From positions 62,001 through 126,000 of the forward strand of contig JAQGDQ010000270.1 in the NCBI GenBank assembly GCA_030141605.1: a stretch of DNA of 64,000 nucleotides. The letters run 5' to 3'. The DNA comes from Tubiluchus corallicola (Eukaryota; Animalia; Priapulida). The notes under the pieces are model-generated. The model made no database searches and was not told the origin of the DNA. It worked only from the letters and a program-made list of their open reading frames with translations. This document shows, piece after piece, positions 1 to 13,600 of this stretch; positions within the stretch are counted from its first letter, which is position 1; each line of letters begins with the position of its first letter. Both the position numbers and the translations under genes were made by a program.

Positions 1-658
1 CTCTATGGGCTTAGGTATGAGGAACAGTCGGTCTCTATGCACTTAGGTATGAAGAACGGTTGGTTCCTAGGGGTTTAGGTATGAAGAACAGTTGATCTCC
101 ATGGGCTTAGGTATGAAGAATGGTTGGTCCCTAGGGGTTTAGGTATGAAGAACAGTCGGTCTCTATGGGCTTAGGTGTGAAGAACGGTCGGTCCCTAAGG
201 GATTGGGTATGAAGAATGGTCGGTCCCTAGTGTTTTGGGTATGAAGAACAGTCGGGCCCTAGGGGTTCATATATGAACAACGGTCTGTCCCTAGAGGCTT
301 AGGTATGAAGAACGGTCAATCCCTATGGGCTTAGGTATGAAGAACAGTCGGTCTCTATGGGATTAGGTATGAAGAACGGTTGGTCCTTATGGGCTTAGGT
401 ATGAAGAACGGTTGGTCCTTATGGGCTTAGGTATGAAAAACGGTTGGTCCTTATGGGCTTAGGTATGAAAAACGGTTGGTCCCGAGGGGCTTAGGTATGA
501 AGAACGGTCGATCCCTAGGGGCTTAGGTATGAAGAATGGTCGGTCCCTATGGGCTTAGGTATGAAGAACGGTCGATCCCTAGGGGCTTAGGTATGAAGAA
601 CGGTCGATCCCTAGGGGCTTAGGTATGAAGAATGGTCGGTCCCTATAGGCTTAGGTAT
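1..658. repeat. 32-bp minisatellite (about 20 copies, runs off the window start) in an ACC intron
   Basis: Unit ccctatgggcttaggtatgaagaacggtcggt with point variants. Confidence 0.95.
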
Positions 659-689
659 CGATGATTATGGTATCTATATTTATAACCTC

Positions 690-870
690 GACACGTACGG
701 AATACAATTGATTAGCACTTTCTTCCCCCATTACATGACCAGGTACTCAGCTGAAACTGGGGTACACCTGCAAAGCTAGTCACAGAGTCTTTTTGTGTGA
801 AACCCTTCTTAAAGAAAGCCGACTTGGATCGGCAGACAGGCATCAAAACCACTTGGCCACCATGCCTTCC
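690..870 (-). mobile_element. tRNA-derived SINE relic
   Basis: The minus strand begins ggaaggcatggTGGCCAAGTGG (A box) and contains a SINE-core-like caggtgtaccccagtttcagctgagtacctgg. Confidence 0.45.
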
Positions 871-1306
871 ACGTTCCTAATGTCTTGATGTTAGGCTTGA
901 ACTATCATGTGAAGAAAATTAAGAACAGATGTAGTCTTTTCTGTGCGTGGTTATCTGGAAGATTAAAAAATGAGAGAATAAAACTGATTAATAATGTATT
1001 CAACTAGAAAACCTTTTCACTTTATAGCGATTTGAAAGTTGCTAATATCTCATTTTTCTTCTGTGCGTAGTTAAGAACGTCATCAACATATCTCATTAAT
1101 TGAGTTTCTCTTAAGCACTAAATGAGACATTTCTAGGTATGTAACTCAGCAGTTGGTCAGTTGGTTATTCTAGTAAATATCCAGACAAATAAAATAATTA
1201 AATTAATATAATGAATCAATTTTCTTGTCATTTTTTATGTAGAGTTCTAGTAACATTGACAATATTATTTATAATTAGAAATATTTAATTATAAAATAAG
1301 TTCTTA

Positions 1307-1337
<31 letters not shown>

Positions 1338-1346
1338 TGTATGTAT

Positions 1347-1547
1347 AAAAAAATTCATATGAAGTTAATCACTGTTTGTACGGAAAACATTTGTGTTACT
1401 CTTTATTTATATATATATATATATAAATACTTAATGTATTTATATATACATATATGTATATATATATATATATACATATATGTATATATAAAGAATAACA
1501 CAAATATTTTCCGTATAAACAGTGATTAACTTCATATGAAATTTTTT
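1347..1547. repeat. Inverted repeat (arms of about 60 bp) enclosing an (AT)n tract
   Basis: ttcatatgaagttaatcactgtttgtacggaaaacatttgtgtta is mirrored by taacacaaatattttccgtataaacagtgattaacttcatatgaa. Confidence 0.9.
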
Positions 1548-1680
1548 CCTGGATTCACTAAAGAGATGACAGCAAAAAGGCCTTCTGAAGTATAAGACAC
1601 TGTATAAAGAAAATCTTTTGCTTGGCATGTCATGTGCTTTGTCACCGTGGTAACCATCATGCTTATCTTCTGTATTGTAG

Positions 1681-4600
1681 ATTGAGGACAGCGTACGAAG
1701 CATGGTGATGCGGTATGGCAGCAGACTTTGGAAGCTGCGAGTTACCCAGGCCGAGTTGAAAATGACGGTACGCCAGACGGCCAGCGGCAAGCGAATTCCG
1801 ATCCGTCTGTTTTTGACCAACGAAAGCGGCTATTACTTGGATATTAGTCTGTACAGAGAATTGACCGATGCAAACATGGGCCAGGTACTTAATTTCGCAC
1901 GTACCTGTTTTAGTGCATTAAATGCTGTTCTTTTGTTAACAAGGAATGCATTTTTTTCAAAAAACTGTGCTTGCAAACCAAAACCGTCCATAAGTCATCA
2001 TACTTCAAACTGTGTTATGATGTTTCAAAGTAGAATGCACCAAAAAATTAATCAAAAATCATTAATCTAACTTTAATACAAATGCATGAGTACATGTATG
2101 TGTGCGCATGCAAATAAATAAAACTAATATTCAATATTAGTGCATAATAACAAATGGCTATTTGTTTATGTAGAAGATTCTCTTTTTGTAACACACCACA
2201 AGAAGTTATTGTCATATGTGCAAAAGCCAATGTGGCCCTGTAAAAAGCAACTACATAGTGAAATGGTTAATGCATTCAAGCTAACAGAAATGTTAAATTA
2301 TCTATCTGAGCATAACAGTAACAACAACATCAGCAGCAACAGCAATGACAACAACAACAAAGGGCAAGAACAACAATAGCAACAGGAATAACAAACAACA
2401 AGCTATGACAGCAACAGCCATTACCAATCCACTAGCGCAGTAACAGTACCAGTCGCGGCAACAGCAACAACAACAACTCTGCATAAATAAGTTATCTAAT
2501 AAAGTGTGTATATTTCTTTACTTATACATATATATGTGTGTTCTTCAATTTTATTGTATAACTTGTTTGTAATTATTTTTATTATTTAACTTTTTCCTTC
2601 TTATTAATAGGAAATAGCATAGTTAACTGAAAAATACCCGTCGTGAAATTTGTTTGGCATTAAAAATTAATAAAAAAACTTACGATTGATGTAAGTTATA
2701 TGGAACTGCAAAAACTGACAACGTGAAATTACTAAACCCAGTTAATCAAATCAAGCTTGCGTGTTTTGCTTTTAGATTAAATTCCAATCATACGGTGATG
2801 GTAAAAAGGGTCCATTGGATGGTCTAATGATCAACACTCCGTATGTAACCAAGGACCACCTGCAGGCTAAACGATTTCAAGCTCAGAAACACGACACGAC
2901 GTACGTGTACGACTTTCCGGAGATCTTCCGTCAGGTGAAGCATTTACTCAAAGGCTTTGTAGTTCAATTGTTTTTTTAGTTAACTGGCGTTGTACTTCCT
3001 GGATATTGGAGTGTCCAATACTAATGTGATGGAAAACTGGCTCTTTGGTTTCAAAAGCAATGCTTTTAATGAATACTTATTTGTTGAAAAAGAGAAAGGA
3101 TGGGAGGGAAGGAAAATGTTGCTGATGATTCCGCCATAAACCAACGTAATAGAGTTCAAAATAGACTGTAATTTAACTGAAAATGGAATGTTACTATGAG
3201 CGTGTTGTAGTGTAGTGTGGGTGTTGAAAACTGCAAATAAAAGATGAAGATTTACTTTTGATTTAAATTTATATTCACATGACTAGACAATCAAATTATT
3301 AACAATACAAACATACAATGAAAAATGAATGATAACTAAACTGTATAAAACGGGACTAGTAAAACTGACGAATTTCTGATTAACGGCAATCAGTTAATAT
3401 TTAAAATTGAAAGTAATTAGTAATCTAACATATCAATGAAAATTAACAGTTATTTTGACTCATAGAACATTTACGTATACAATAGACGCTGCTTAACAGG
3501 CTCACGTGTTTTGACTCAATTAATCAACTGAACCTGTTAACCGATGGGTGTAGTATTACTGGTATAGAGGTATAAGTCATCAGCTTTCTATGCACTGCAA
3601 AGGCTTTTGGTGAATTTTAGAAACATAGGAAACCTAAATTCCTTTGTGCAGTTAAAAATTAGAAAAAATATTTTAAAATATTAACTTATACAAATGAATT
3701 AGCACTAAATTAATAAATTGTTTCTATGTATATTATAGGAAAAAAGTGAACTAAGATGATATGCAAATCATAAAAGCTTGTTAGTCGCAGGAAAGTGTCT
3801 TATTGAAGTATGTTAAGCAAAAACCTTGAGTCAATTATGTGGAGTTATTTGAGTCAGTTACCGACAGTTTTTATGTACATTTGAATAGAAGCGGCCATAG
3901 CCAAGCATTTTTGAGTCTATTTACATTGAGTCTATTAAGCAGCGCCTACTGTAAAACAAATGAAAGATTGCCACATGTTCTGCTTTTTACCAGGCTAGAA
4001 CAACTGACAAAATACAAAGTTTGCAAACAGATATTTATTAAGGTCATATAAAGTATAAGGTCATTCATTGCAATCTGTAAATAATGCAGTGTAATTACAT
4101 AGGTGATTAAGATAGTTTAAACCATTACAGCTATTACTGTAGAGGCTAGGCTATGCTCACTACAACAAGCTAGTACGGGGGGGGGGGGGAGAATCTAGGC
4201 CTAACTACAGTTAATCGTGGAATGTCAGAATCTGTAGATCATGTAGCTTCCTACGTTATATATGATCCAGCAAATGCTCTGTTGCCTGAAAATACTTTCT
4301 GTAAAAGAAACATATGAAACCGCATTTTGCCTTATGTGATCAATAATTAAAACACAATTAAGTCATCATCTACATTTTTATTAGTTTTTTATGATCGAAA
4401 TTGTCCTTTGACAGTCTCTCTTTGTTTCTGCTGCAGTTTCATCCTTCTTGTCTTCCCTTCTTATCGTTTTGACCTATTTCTTGTTTTTTTATTCGTATTC
4501 TTATTCATTATTTTGATTATAAATTATTACGATTTTTCCCGGCCTCTCTTTTTCGTACCGTTACTTACGTACATTTTGCACCCCTGCAAATCTTTTCCAA

Positions 4601-7600
4601 AAGATGCAGGTTAGCATTGCTTTGGTAAAAATACTGATTTTTACTATTTTTGTATGCACAAATTAACCAGAGTCAATTCAAGTTTTAAAAATGCTATCAC
4701 AGTAGAAGGACGGACCGAATGAACGCGTAATGCTGAAGTTGGTCTCTTAGAATTTTGATCATTGTTCTTGAATTAATTGTTCTACATTGTTTAAAAACGT
4801 GGTGTTTTTGATTGTTTGTATGACCCTAGGCTCTGAAGAAACAGTGGAAGGAATATGAGGTGAACCATCCCGATGACGATGCGCCCAGCGAGGTGCTCTT
4901 TTGTACGGAACTAGTGCTGGACTCTAGTGGTCAAATATGTGAACTAACTCGACTACTGGGCGAAAACGAGGTATAGTTTTTGAAATATTTCTGACTTATT
5001 CTGTGCGGTAGTTGATGATTAATCACAGATTTGTTGATAAACGACACCGTGCTGTCGGCTAGCGGATCAGCAAACTATATTTTTAGTACCATTCATATGT
5101 TATCTCAATGTGACTCAGTGACATTAGCAACTACCTTAATTTCAGTAAGGTAATCTGAAACTTCTGCAGGGATCTATATATTAATTTCTATATATATGGA
5201 TATATAATCGACAAGGCTACAGCTCCAACGACTGCACCATTCTTAGCGATCTGTACGTCAAATGAAAGGTCTCCACCCAAGGGTTCGCACCTGGTGGTTT
5301 ATTTTTCGAAACGGGCTCACCGGGAGGAACGGGGGCCGAAAAACCTACGAAAATGGCCATTATACCTCTTATTTCTAGAGATTCGGAATGGGCCACAGGT
5401 GGTGCTGGTAACGATGGTGGATGTAACAGTCGTATTAGAATTCGGGGGAGGGTCATGGTGTCCCGTAACGGGCGTTTTCTCGGACCCAACTCTCGATTTT
5501 TTCGAAATTTTGGCCAAACGGCCTGTAGAAAAAACATTCTAGCGACACCTGGTGGGACTCTCGGAAGAAGATATATAGCTCTTTAGAAACGGGATAAACG
5601 GGCTACACGTTGGTATGTGCTGCATTTTAGGACGCTTCCTTCCTGAGGAGCTGTGACGAGTTGATTGGAGGTTCTATTTCGCACGATTTTCGCTTGGAAA
5701 ACTGCTGACGCAAAACCATTGTTCTGACATTATCCATTATACTCTGCTTATAATCTTATAACTTTAATTCAGTAAAAGCTGTTGCTCGTTTCGCGTTGTA
5801 AATGAGGACCATGTAGGATGTTCGCGTATTTTTGATTATACGTGTATTTATACGCAAAATTTTTTGCGGAGCCTTTGCTAGTAATTTTATTATTTTTATG
5901 TTTCGTGTAGTTTAGGCATTTTTGTTTCATGTATACGTACAAACAAATTCTTGCATTTTTATTATTTTAGATTGGCATGGTTGCCTGGAAGATGACTATG
6001 TTCACACCAGAATATAAATGTGGACGGGATGTGATTGTTGTCAGCAACGACATCACTTTTAAAACCGGTTCATTTAGTCCGGCCGAAGACCTGCTATATG
6101 AGGTACATGATAAGTGTTTATTAATAGTATTACTTCGGTTTGAATTTCATAACCGATTTATCAGACACAAAGGTTAATTCAATAATTTATTATAATCAGT
6201 TTTCAAGCCTTGTTTGTTTGTGCATACATAGTTTACAGACAGCCTTGGTGGTGTCCAGTTTTTGAGAAACCAGTAGAACCCAAAATAGAAATCACGTAGA
6301 AAGCAAAATAGAAACTAAAATTGAAACCATGTAGAAACCAAAATAGAAACCTTGTAGAAACCAAAATAGAAACCTTGTAGAAATAAAATAGAAAACATGT
6401 AGAAATCAAAATAGAAACCATTTAGAAACCAAAATAGAAACCATGTAGAAATCAAAATAGAAACCATGTAGAAACAAAATAGAAACTAGGTAGAAACCAA
6501 AATAGAAGCCATGTAGAAACCAAAATAGAAACCATGTACAAGCAAAATAGAAACCATGTAGAAACCAAAATAGAAAGCGTGTAGAAACCAAAATAGAAAC
6601 CATGTAGAAACCAGAATAGAAACCAAAATAGAAACCATGTAGAAACCAAAGTAGAAACCATGTAGAAACCAAAATAGAAAGCGTGTAGAAACCAAAATAG
6701 AAACCATGTACAAGCAAAATAGAAACCATGTAGAAACCAAAATAGAAAGCGTGTAGAAACCAAAATAGAAACCATGTAGAAACCAGAATAGAAACCAAAA
6801 TAGAAACCATGTAGAAACCAAAGTAGAAACCATGTAGAAACCAAAGTAGAAACCATGTAGAAACCAAAGTAGAAACCATGTAGAAACAGAATAGAAGTCA
6901 TGTAGAAACATTTGACATCTCACCGTGATTTTTGGCGCGTAAACGTAATCACGTGTCCATTGCTTTAGCACCGCAAGAATATAAAGTGCTATTTTCTGCT
7001 AGTTTTTAAGAAAGGAGGTGTAGATAAACCTGTTCGTGCTTAAGATAAACCTTCATGTGTAAGCAGCGTCGTCTAAATTACTGCACAAAGGTAGTGCCAT
7101 ATTGCTTGATTTTACTGCAATGACGGCGACTTTTTTGTTTTTTTCTGAAATATAAATGCAAATGGCATCGGTAATGCAATTGATTTCATCGGCAGATACA
7201 AAAAATAACCAACAATCGATAAAAAAGTCCAGATCAGTTATAATCGATTAAATTGATTGTTCGGTCCCACCATTAGTGTACATAGTACATGTACTGCAAG
7301 CATTTCTTATACCACAAAGTGCCCACAAGGTTTTTGTTCAATATTAGGTTTACACTTCAACTGAACATTGTCTACACAAAGACTAAAAGTGTTTCAGCTT
7401 ACATTTTACTGCAGAACATGCATGACTATACTGAATAGTAGCTAAGCTCTTTGAGTACAGTAGACTATAAAACCACTGGCCAATGGCGCACTTGAATTAC
7501 TCTTACAGTAAGTACTCAAAGTTGCTGATGCATTCCAGCAAAACATGACATAAAGCGAAACGTCATTAAATGAAGCCAAGACTTCCATACAAAGTAATGT

Positions 7601-10600
7601 AAGAGAGCTGAGACACACTGCAGAGGCAAAAATCAGTGCTGTTTAATTTCAATTTCAATTTCAAAACATAAAAATAAAAGGAAATTATAATTCATATAAA
7701 TTAAACATTTTATGAGTTTTATTCATATTATTAAATGAATAATTTATTTCTGCTTGCTTGAAACCACATAGCTTTCTTACCAATACCTAGCTAATGATTT
7801 CTCTTTGTTAACTTTGAAGCTTAGGAAGTTACCTGCTAAACACTGCATAAAAGCTAAGCCTTGGGGTGTACTTGGGATTGTTTCAACTAGATACTCAGTC
7901 TGGTTACTATGGTAACAGACAAAATTCAGTTGGCATGCAGTTTGAGCTCAAGTTTCTGCAGACATATAAATTGCAAATGGGTCTTGCTTGTTAAAAACTG
8001 CTAGCACTTAGTAACCAGCCGGGAAGCAAAATCCTAAATAATATTGTAATGTTTCACATTACTAGTGCACTTTTGGAATAGAATTATGCAAGATGCGCTG
8101 TTTTAATACTTCAAATTATGTAAAAAGTTGTTGACGAAATAAAAAATAGTTTTGAGCAAAGTAAGAAATTGTTGTTAAAATGAAACGTGCGTCGTTAAGT
8201 AAAAAAAAAACATTTTGAATACTCAGCGTCGTTAAAGCGAAATATCGCTAAACGGTTAATCAAGGATTTACTGTATATTCAACCAGTGGCATAACGTAAA
8301 CTGAATTAAATGTCAATTAAGTAATGAGAAGTGATTTCACTGTCATACCATGACTGTTTAGGAGACAGTAGGGCCAGTTTTAAGTGAACTAGACAGATTT
8401 GTTCAATTTGGGCCCGGGGCCAAGAGCGGCCCCTCGTGCACGTTGGATTTAAAACTGATTAAAACATGCCTACATTAAACAATATCACAAGAGAGACTAA
8501 AGAATTTGGAGATGCTACCCATAGAAAATGACATAAAAAAACCATTGATTTTGAAATGATTTTGAAAGATTTCTCGGTTAAAAAAACGAGAAAGTCTGTT
8601 TTTTAGACGCCTAGGCACAAACAGCAGGCCTTTGTTAGTAATTATCTTGACTTGTAATAAAGCATTAAAACTTTCATTTGTAGGGATTTCACTTTTTAGT
8701 AAATCATTGTGGCTTATGGTGTAACCTCAGTCATTCAACTCTTTTTGTCTGGGAGTGCTACACGAAGTGTAAAACATCAATCGTCAGCTTTTGTAGGGTA
8801 AAAGAGTCCACTAATAATTTCCTAATTGGCCCCCCGCACTTCAAAGCACCGGCCTAGAAAAGGTGTATCATTGCTGTCAGCATAACATCATTTTAAAAAT
8901 ACAGAAGTGTAGCTTAATAGACTCACTTTGGAATGGAAGTGTTTGACCCAATTATCTGACTGAATCTATTATCCGACGGATGTAGCACAACTACTGTGGA
9001 AGTACGAGTCATCATATATCACCTTAGTACGCAATGAATTTTACAAATAAATTATTGGCAAAATTCCTACGTGCAGTTATTTAAGAATACCAATTTTATA
9101 TAAGTGAATTAATATGCAGAACAAAGGCTTTAAATGAATTTTGCAAATAAATTATTGTCAAAATTCCTACGTGCCGTTATTGAAGAATACCAATTTATAT
9201 AAGTGAATTAATAAAAAATAAAATAAAATAATCTCACAAATCTGATTATTATCACCAAAAATTAAAATGACAGCTTGAAAGCAAAACCGCTGCACTAGCA
9301 TATTAGCGCAAGATAAACGTACAAACAAAGCTGTACTTGACATTACCGTTTCTACATGCATTACGTAAAAGTAGTAAAAATTCTTTGGTCACACATAAGT
9401 GTCTTATTTTAGGTACGTGAAGAAAAAATATTAAGTCAATTATGCAGAGTTGTATGAGCCACTTACCAGCAGCTTTCATATGCATTTGAATAGGAGCAGC
9501 CCGTACCACACGTTTGGCCCATTCTGTTAACCGTGAGTCTAACAAATGGCACCTACTGTAGCACCGTCTGTTTATCTTTTACAGAAAGCGTCAATGTTGG
9601 CTAGAGAGTTGGGTATTCCTCGCATCTACATATCAGCCAATAGCGGAGCACGCATTGGTTTAGCGGAGGAAATTAAGCACTTGTTCCAGGTGGCATGGGA
9701 AGATCCAGAGGAACCGGATAAGGTATAAACTGAATTGAATTAAGCTAAGTATTCTTTGTATGTACCTATCTGCTAATTGTAGAGCAAGCATTTTTTATAT
9801 AGTTCCACGTACAATAAGCCTTTTCACAGTTCCAGCGAATGATGATGACCTTTAAAAGGTCAAAGGTTAAGTGAAGCAAATAACGCATTTGTTTACACTT
9901 GGCAACGTCTTCCAGCCCGTTCTCTAGTAATAGTAACCGTTTTAACAGCTAGTTAGAACCTTACCTAGTTCATTTTTTCTTGTTCCCAAGCAAGATCCTG
10001 CTAGTAAATCATGCACAGACTAATACATAATTAAGTAAAGTCCACACAAAACAACAAGGAAATGGCATAGCAGCTGAAGTTGCTGAACTAGTGCAGCAGG
10101 CGGCTTTGCTTTACACACGTGCCACGTGATGGCTGTAGTTAAGACATGTTGCTGTGGTTCACTTAACCTTTGACCTACAGCAGCTGCGCATAGCGAAACT
10201 GTGGAAGGCTTCTAGCCTGGAATCCATTCTTTGACCTGGTGTGGGCACATTTCTGGTACTTGCTATATATTTGGCATATGATGTGTGTCGTACAGGACTA
10301 ACTGATTACATTTGCGTGTGGGCAATGACCTCGACTTTGAACAACTTGTGACGTTTTGTCATATTCTGAGATTCCCTTTTCGTGAGGTCATGACCTCCAG
10401 CATAACCGAGGTCACTCACTCATCTCTTACTTTTGTTCATTTGTTGCTTTTTTATAATATGTCTCAGTAGGTGAATTGTTTTCCGCATTTTGTTTGCAAC
10501 GTCTTACATTAACCAGAGGTCATAATTTTTTCATTATTTGAGTTTGTCAAATTAATAATTCACTCCAAATGCTAGAGTTTTCAAAATTAGGACGTTGTTG

Positions 10601-13600
10601 ACTGCTGTACAAAAGTTCTTATGTCTTTCCTGTATTTCAGGGATTTAAGTACTTGTATTTAACTCCGGAGGATTTTAAGAAGGTTTCCGCTATGAACTCT
10701 GTTCATGCTGTTTTGATAGAAGACGAGGGCGAATCACGTTACAAAATCACGGATATTATAGGTAATTACAGTAAAGTCTTGTTATAATAGACTAACTGGG
10801 GGGAACTAGTCTGTAATAACCAATAATGTACAATGATTTGATGACACTGTTTATGGGAAAAACAATCAGTCAGCTACTTCTAGACTCAATATAGTGAATA
10901 TACTCATACATATATTCCAATAAACAATGCTTTGCAATGTAAATAAACAGGTAATGCAGAACAAATTAGTTCACAATACTTTGCACTGACTGCATTATGT
11001 GACGCATAGAGGAGGGGTCACCCACTCAGCCACAGCCCCACTCTAGACGTGTCATCATTGTAGTGGAATTATTCATTATAACCACAACAAAACAGACAAC
11101 AGAAATCATCTACTGTATCTGAAATCCATTAAAATTATTTCTTTCAAAACGAAAGCTTACTATAATCACAACTTTTGACCGTGTAAACACTAATGAGTCA
11201 CTGAACTTATGTTGAACTGTGATTGTGTCGGGATGTGTGAGACAATTTCTTTAATATTTAGCGGTTCTTTGGCTTAGCATTTTAATATAAAGTGTAACAA
11301 GTTCATTTTGAACTATGCGTGACCATGTGGCTTGACACTTAATCTTTCGCATTTACTCTTTGCTCTTTCAGTTTTTTGTAAGTAAAAATTGATTGGCAAA
11401 TTAAAACTGCGTGATGATGCTTCAAAGTAGAAGTCATCAAAGATTGGGTCAAATATCAATTTTGTGTTTTTTTTACAAAAGGAAACGCTAAATATGTTGG
11501 ATTATTATGTTCCGGCTTCAAAACGTCAGGAAATTGATTAGAAAATACTAAAAATTTAATTTTGTAACTCCTTACCCACTTCTCTGCATTAAAAACTAGT
11601 ACGGCGTTTGTCAAAAACTCGTATTTTAAAAAACTCCGATAGTAGCTCGTGGAAGCTGTCATTTTGCTTGCGTTTTTTTTCTATTGCCAAACCCAGATCT
11701 TGCGAAGAGCCATCTACTAGATTTAAACGTAACTTCAATGTGCTCTTGCAAAGTTTGTGGCAACAACCAGTTCGTACAGTTGCGAAGTGTTTTTGTAGAA
11801 ATGTGACAAAAACGATGGCAAACTTTAACAGTGATTTTCTCAAGATTATGTTTTTCAGTGTTCAGACTGCACATCAACTTCAACATCTCAGGTTAGAAAT
11901 AACGTAGAGCGTTGAGCTTGGTATCAAAATGTTTCTCATGAAATAGATTCGGGACATGTGGTAAATAAAAAAAGCCGACTTCCGCATGTTTTTGCTGTGG
12001 AAGCACACAAATAGTATTCTATGGTGCATAACAGCCAAGTCAACATTATAGCTAAAATTTAAACAAATCACAATAAAACTCAGTGAATTGAAACTAAACA
12101 ATGTGCGCAATATAAAATTGTACAATAGTTGCAGCGAACTTAGTTTGACAAGACTAAAATGAATAGATGAGTTTCAAGGTTTCTTTTTTAAACACATCAA
12201 ATTTAGTACAACAACGTGAATCAAGTGAGGGCTTGTTCCATTCCCTGGGCAGCTATAGAATAAGATTTGTCTGCAAAAATTTTACTAGGATTAAACGGTA
12301 CTTCTAGAGAGATGATTACTCATAGTTACTGATGCTCACTCACTGTGATAACACCTCTTACTATGTGATAACATCCGACCTTATTTCATTGTGATTTGTT
12401 CTGCACATTTTGACATGTCAGCATATTTCTATTACACTTGTGTTTTTTTTGGGATGCCCTGTATATGTGTTTTCCGTGATGCCAGGTAAAGAAGACGGTC
12501 TCGGAGTTGAGAACTTGAAGGGATCTGGGATGATTGCTGGGGAGACGTCGAGGGCTTACCAGGACATTATTACTATTAGTTTGGTACATCAGTTGTTTGT
12601 ATAGCTGAAAATGCATCATTTTGTACTTGTTTTGTACATGAAAATTATCTTGTCATTACATTATATCAATTTACATTTACATTTTTCAATTTGTATTTTA
12701 GTTGAATATCTGTGAGTATCGAAAATATTTTACGCAATAAAAAAAAATAAATGCTATTTTTACTAAATAATAGCTGAACTGGTAATTTTTAGCAATTGTA
12801 ACCTAGTTTTAACCCCTTTCCTCAAAGAAATGGCAAAATTTGTTTATCTTTGTATCATATAAATAATAAAACGATCTATTAAAATTGCTAAGATATTTTC
12901 CAGTATTAAGCAAATAAGTATTACATATGTTTCCGTATTACTATTTTTCTGATTGTGAGATAAACTTAACTTTTAAAATGTTTGAAAATATTTCCACTAG
13001 GTGACGTGTCGTGCAATAGGCATTGGTGCCTACATCGTGCGACTCGGTCAGCGTGTGATACAGGTGGACAACTCCCACATAATTCTGACCGGAGCCGGGG
13101 CTTTGAATAAGGTGCAATACTAAACATATCTTAGATTGCTACATATATTTTGGCTAAAGACTCTCTATATTCGGACATGATAACAACTTTGGTTGCTTTT
13201 TTAACAATCACGTATAAGTTTCGTGTTTCACTTTATTTATCAATAAAGAAATAAGAAAAATGTGTGTGAGTTTGCACAACGTTTGGTGTAAATATTTGGA
13301 CTCACTGAATTGCTGTCATTTGGTGATTATCATGATGCTGTCCTTTTTAGAAACTTTAATCTTGAATTTATTTGTTTAATTCTGCTGAAGGCAACTATTT
13401 ACAGTAAACTTATCTTTGCTGCTTGATACGTTTTTAGTAAAGTGTGTACACTGTAATCCTTGCATTACTCAATTTGTCTTAGCCATTTAACAATTCTCTT
13501 AATGCTTATTTAACACTGAGTGTGATGAGAATAGCCAAGTGGTTAAAGTGTGTGCCTAGCAACCGAGGTTAAGCAATGTCAAGATTAGTCAGTAAGCTGA

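Noticed and set aside
1-658. Regular 32-bp repeats resembling a CRISPR array
   Set aside because: Head-to-tail units with no unique spacers, inside a eukaryotic intron, with no cas genes.
5217-5586. Four overlapping ORFs in a GC-rich patch
   Set aside because: They lie inside a non-autonomous Helitron; elevated GC explains the open frames, and no Rep or helicase motifs are present.
6233-6971. Long minus-strand ORFs (149-161 aa)
   Set aside because: They are translations of a minisatellite that lacks stops on that strand.
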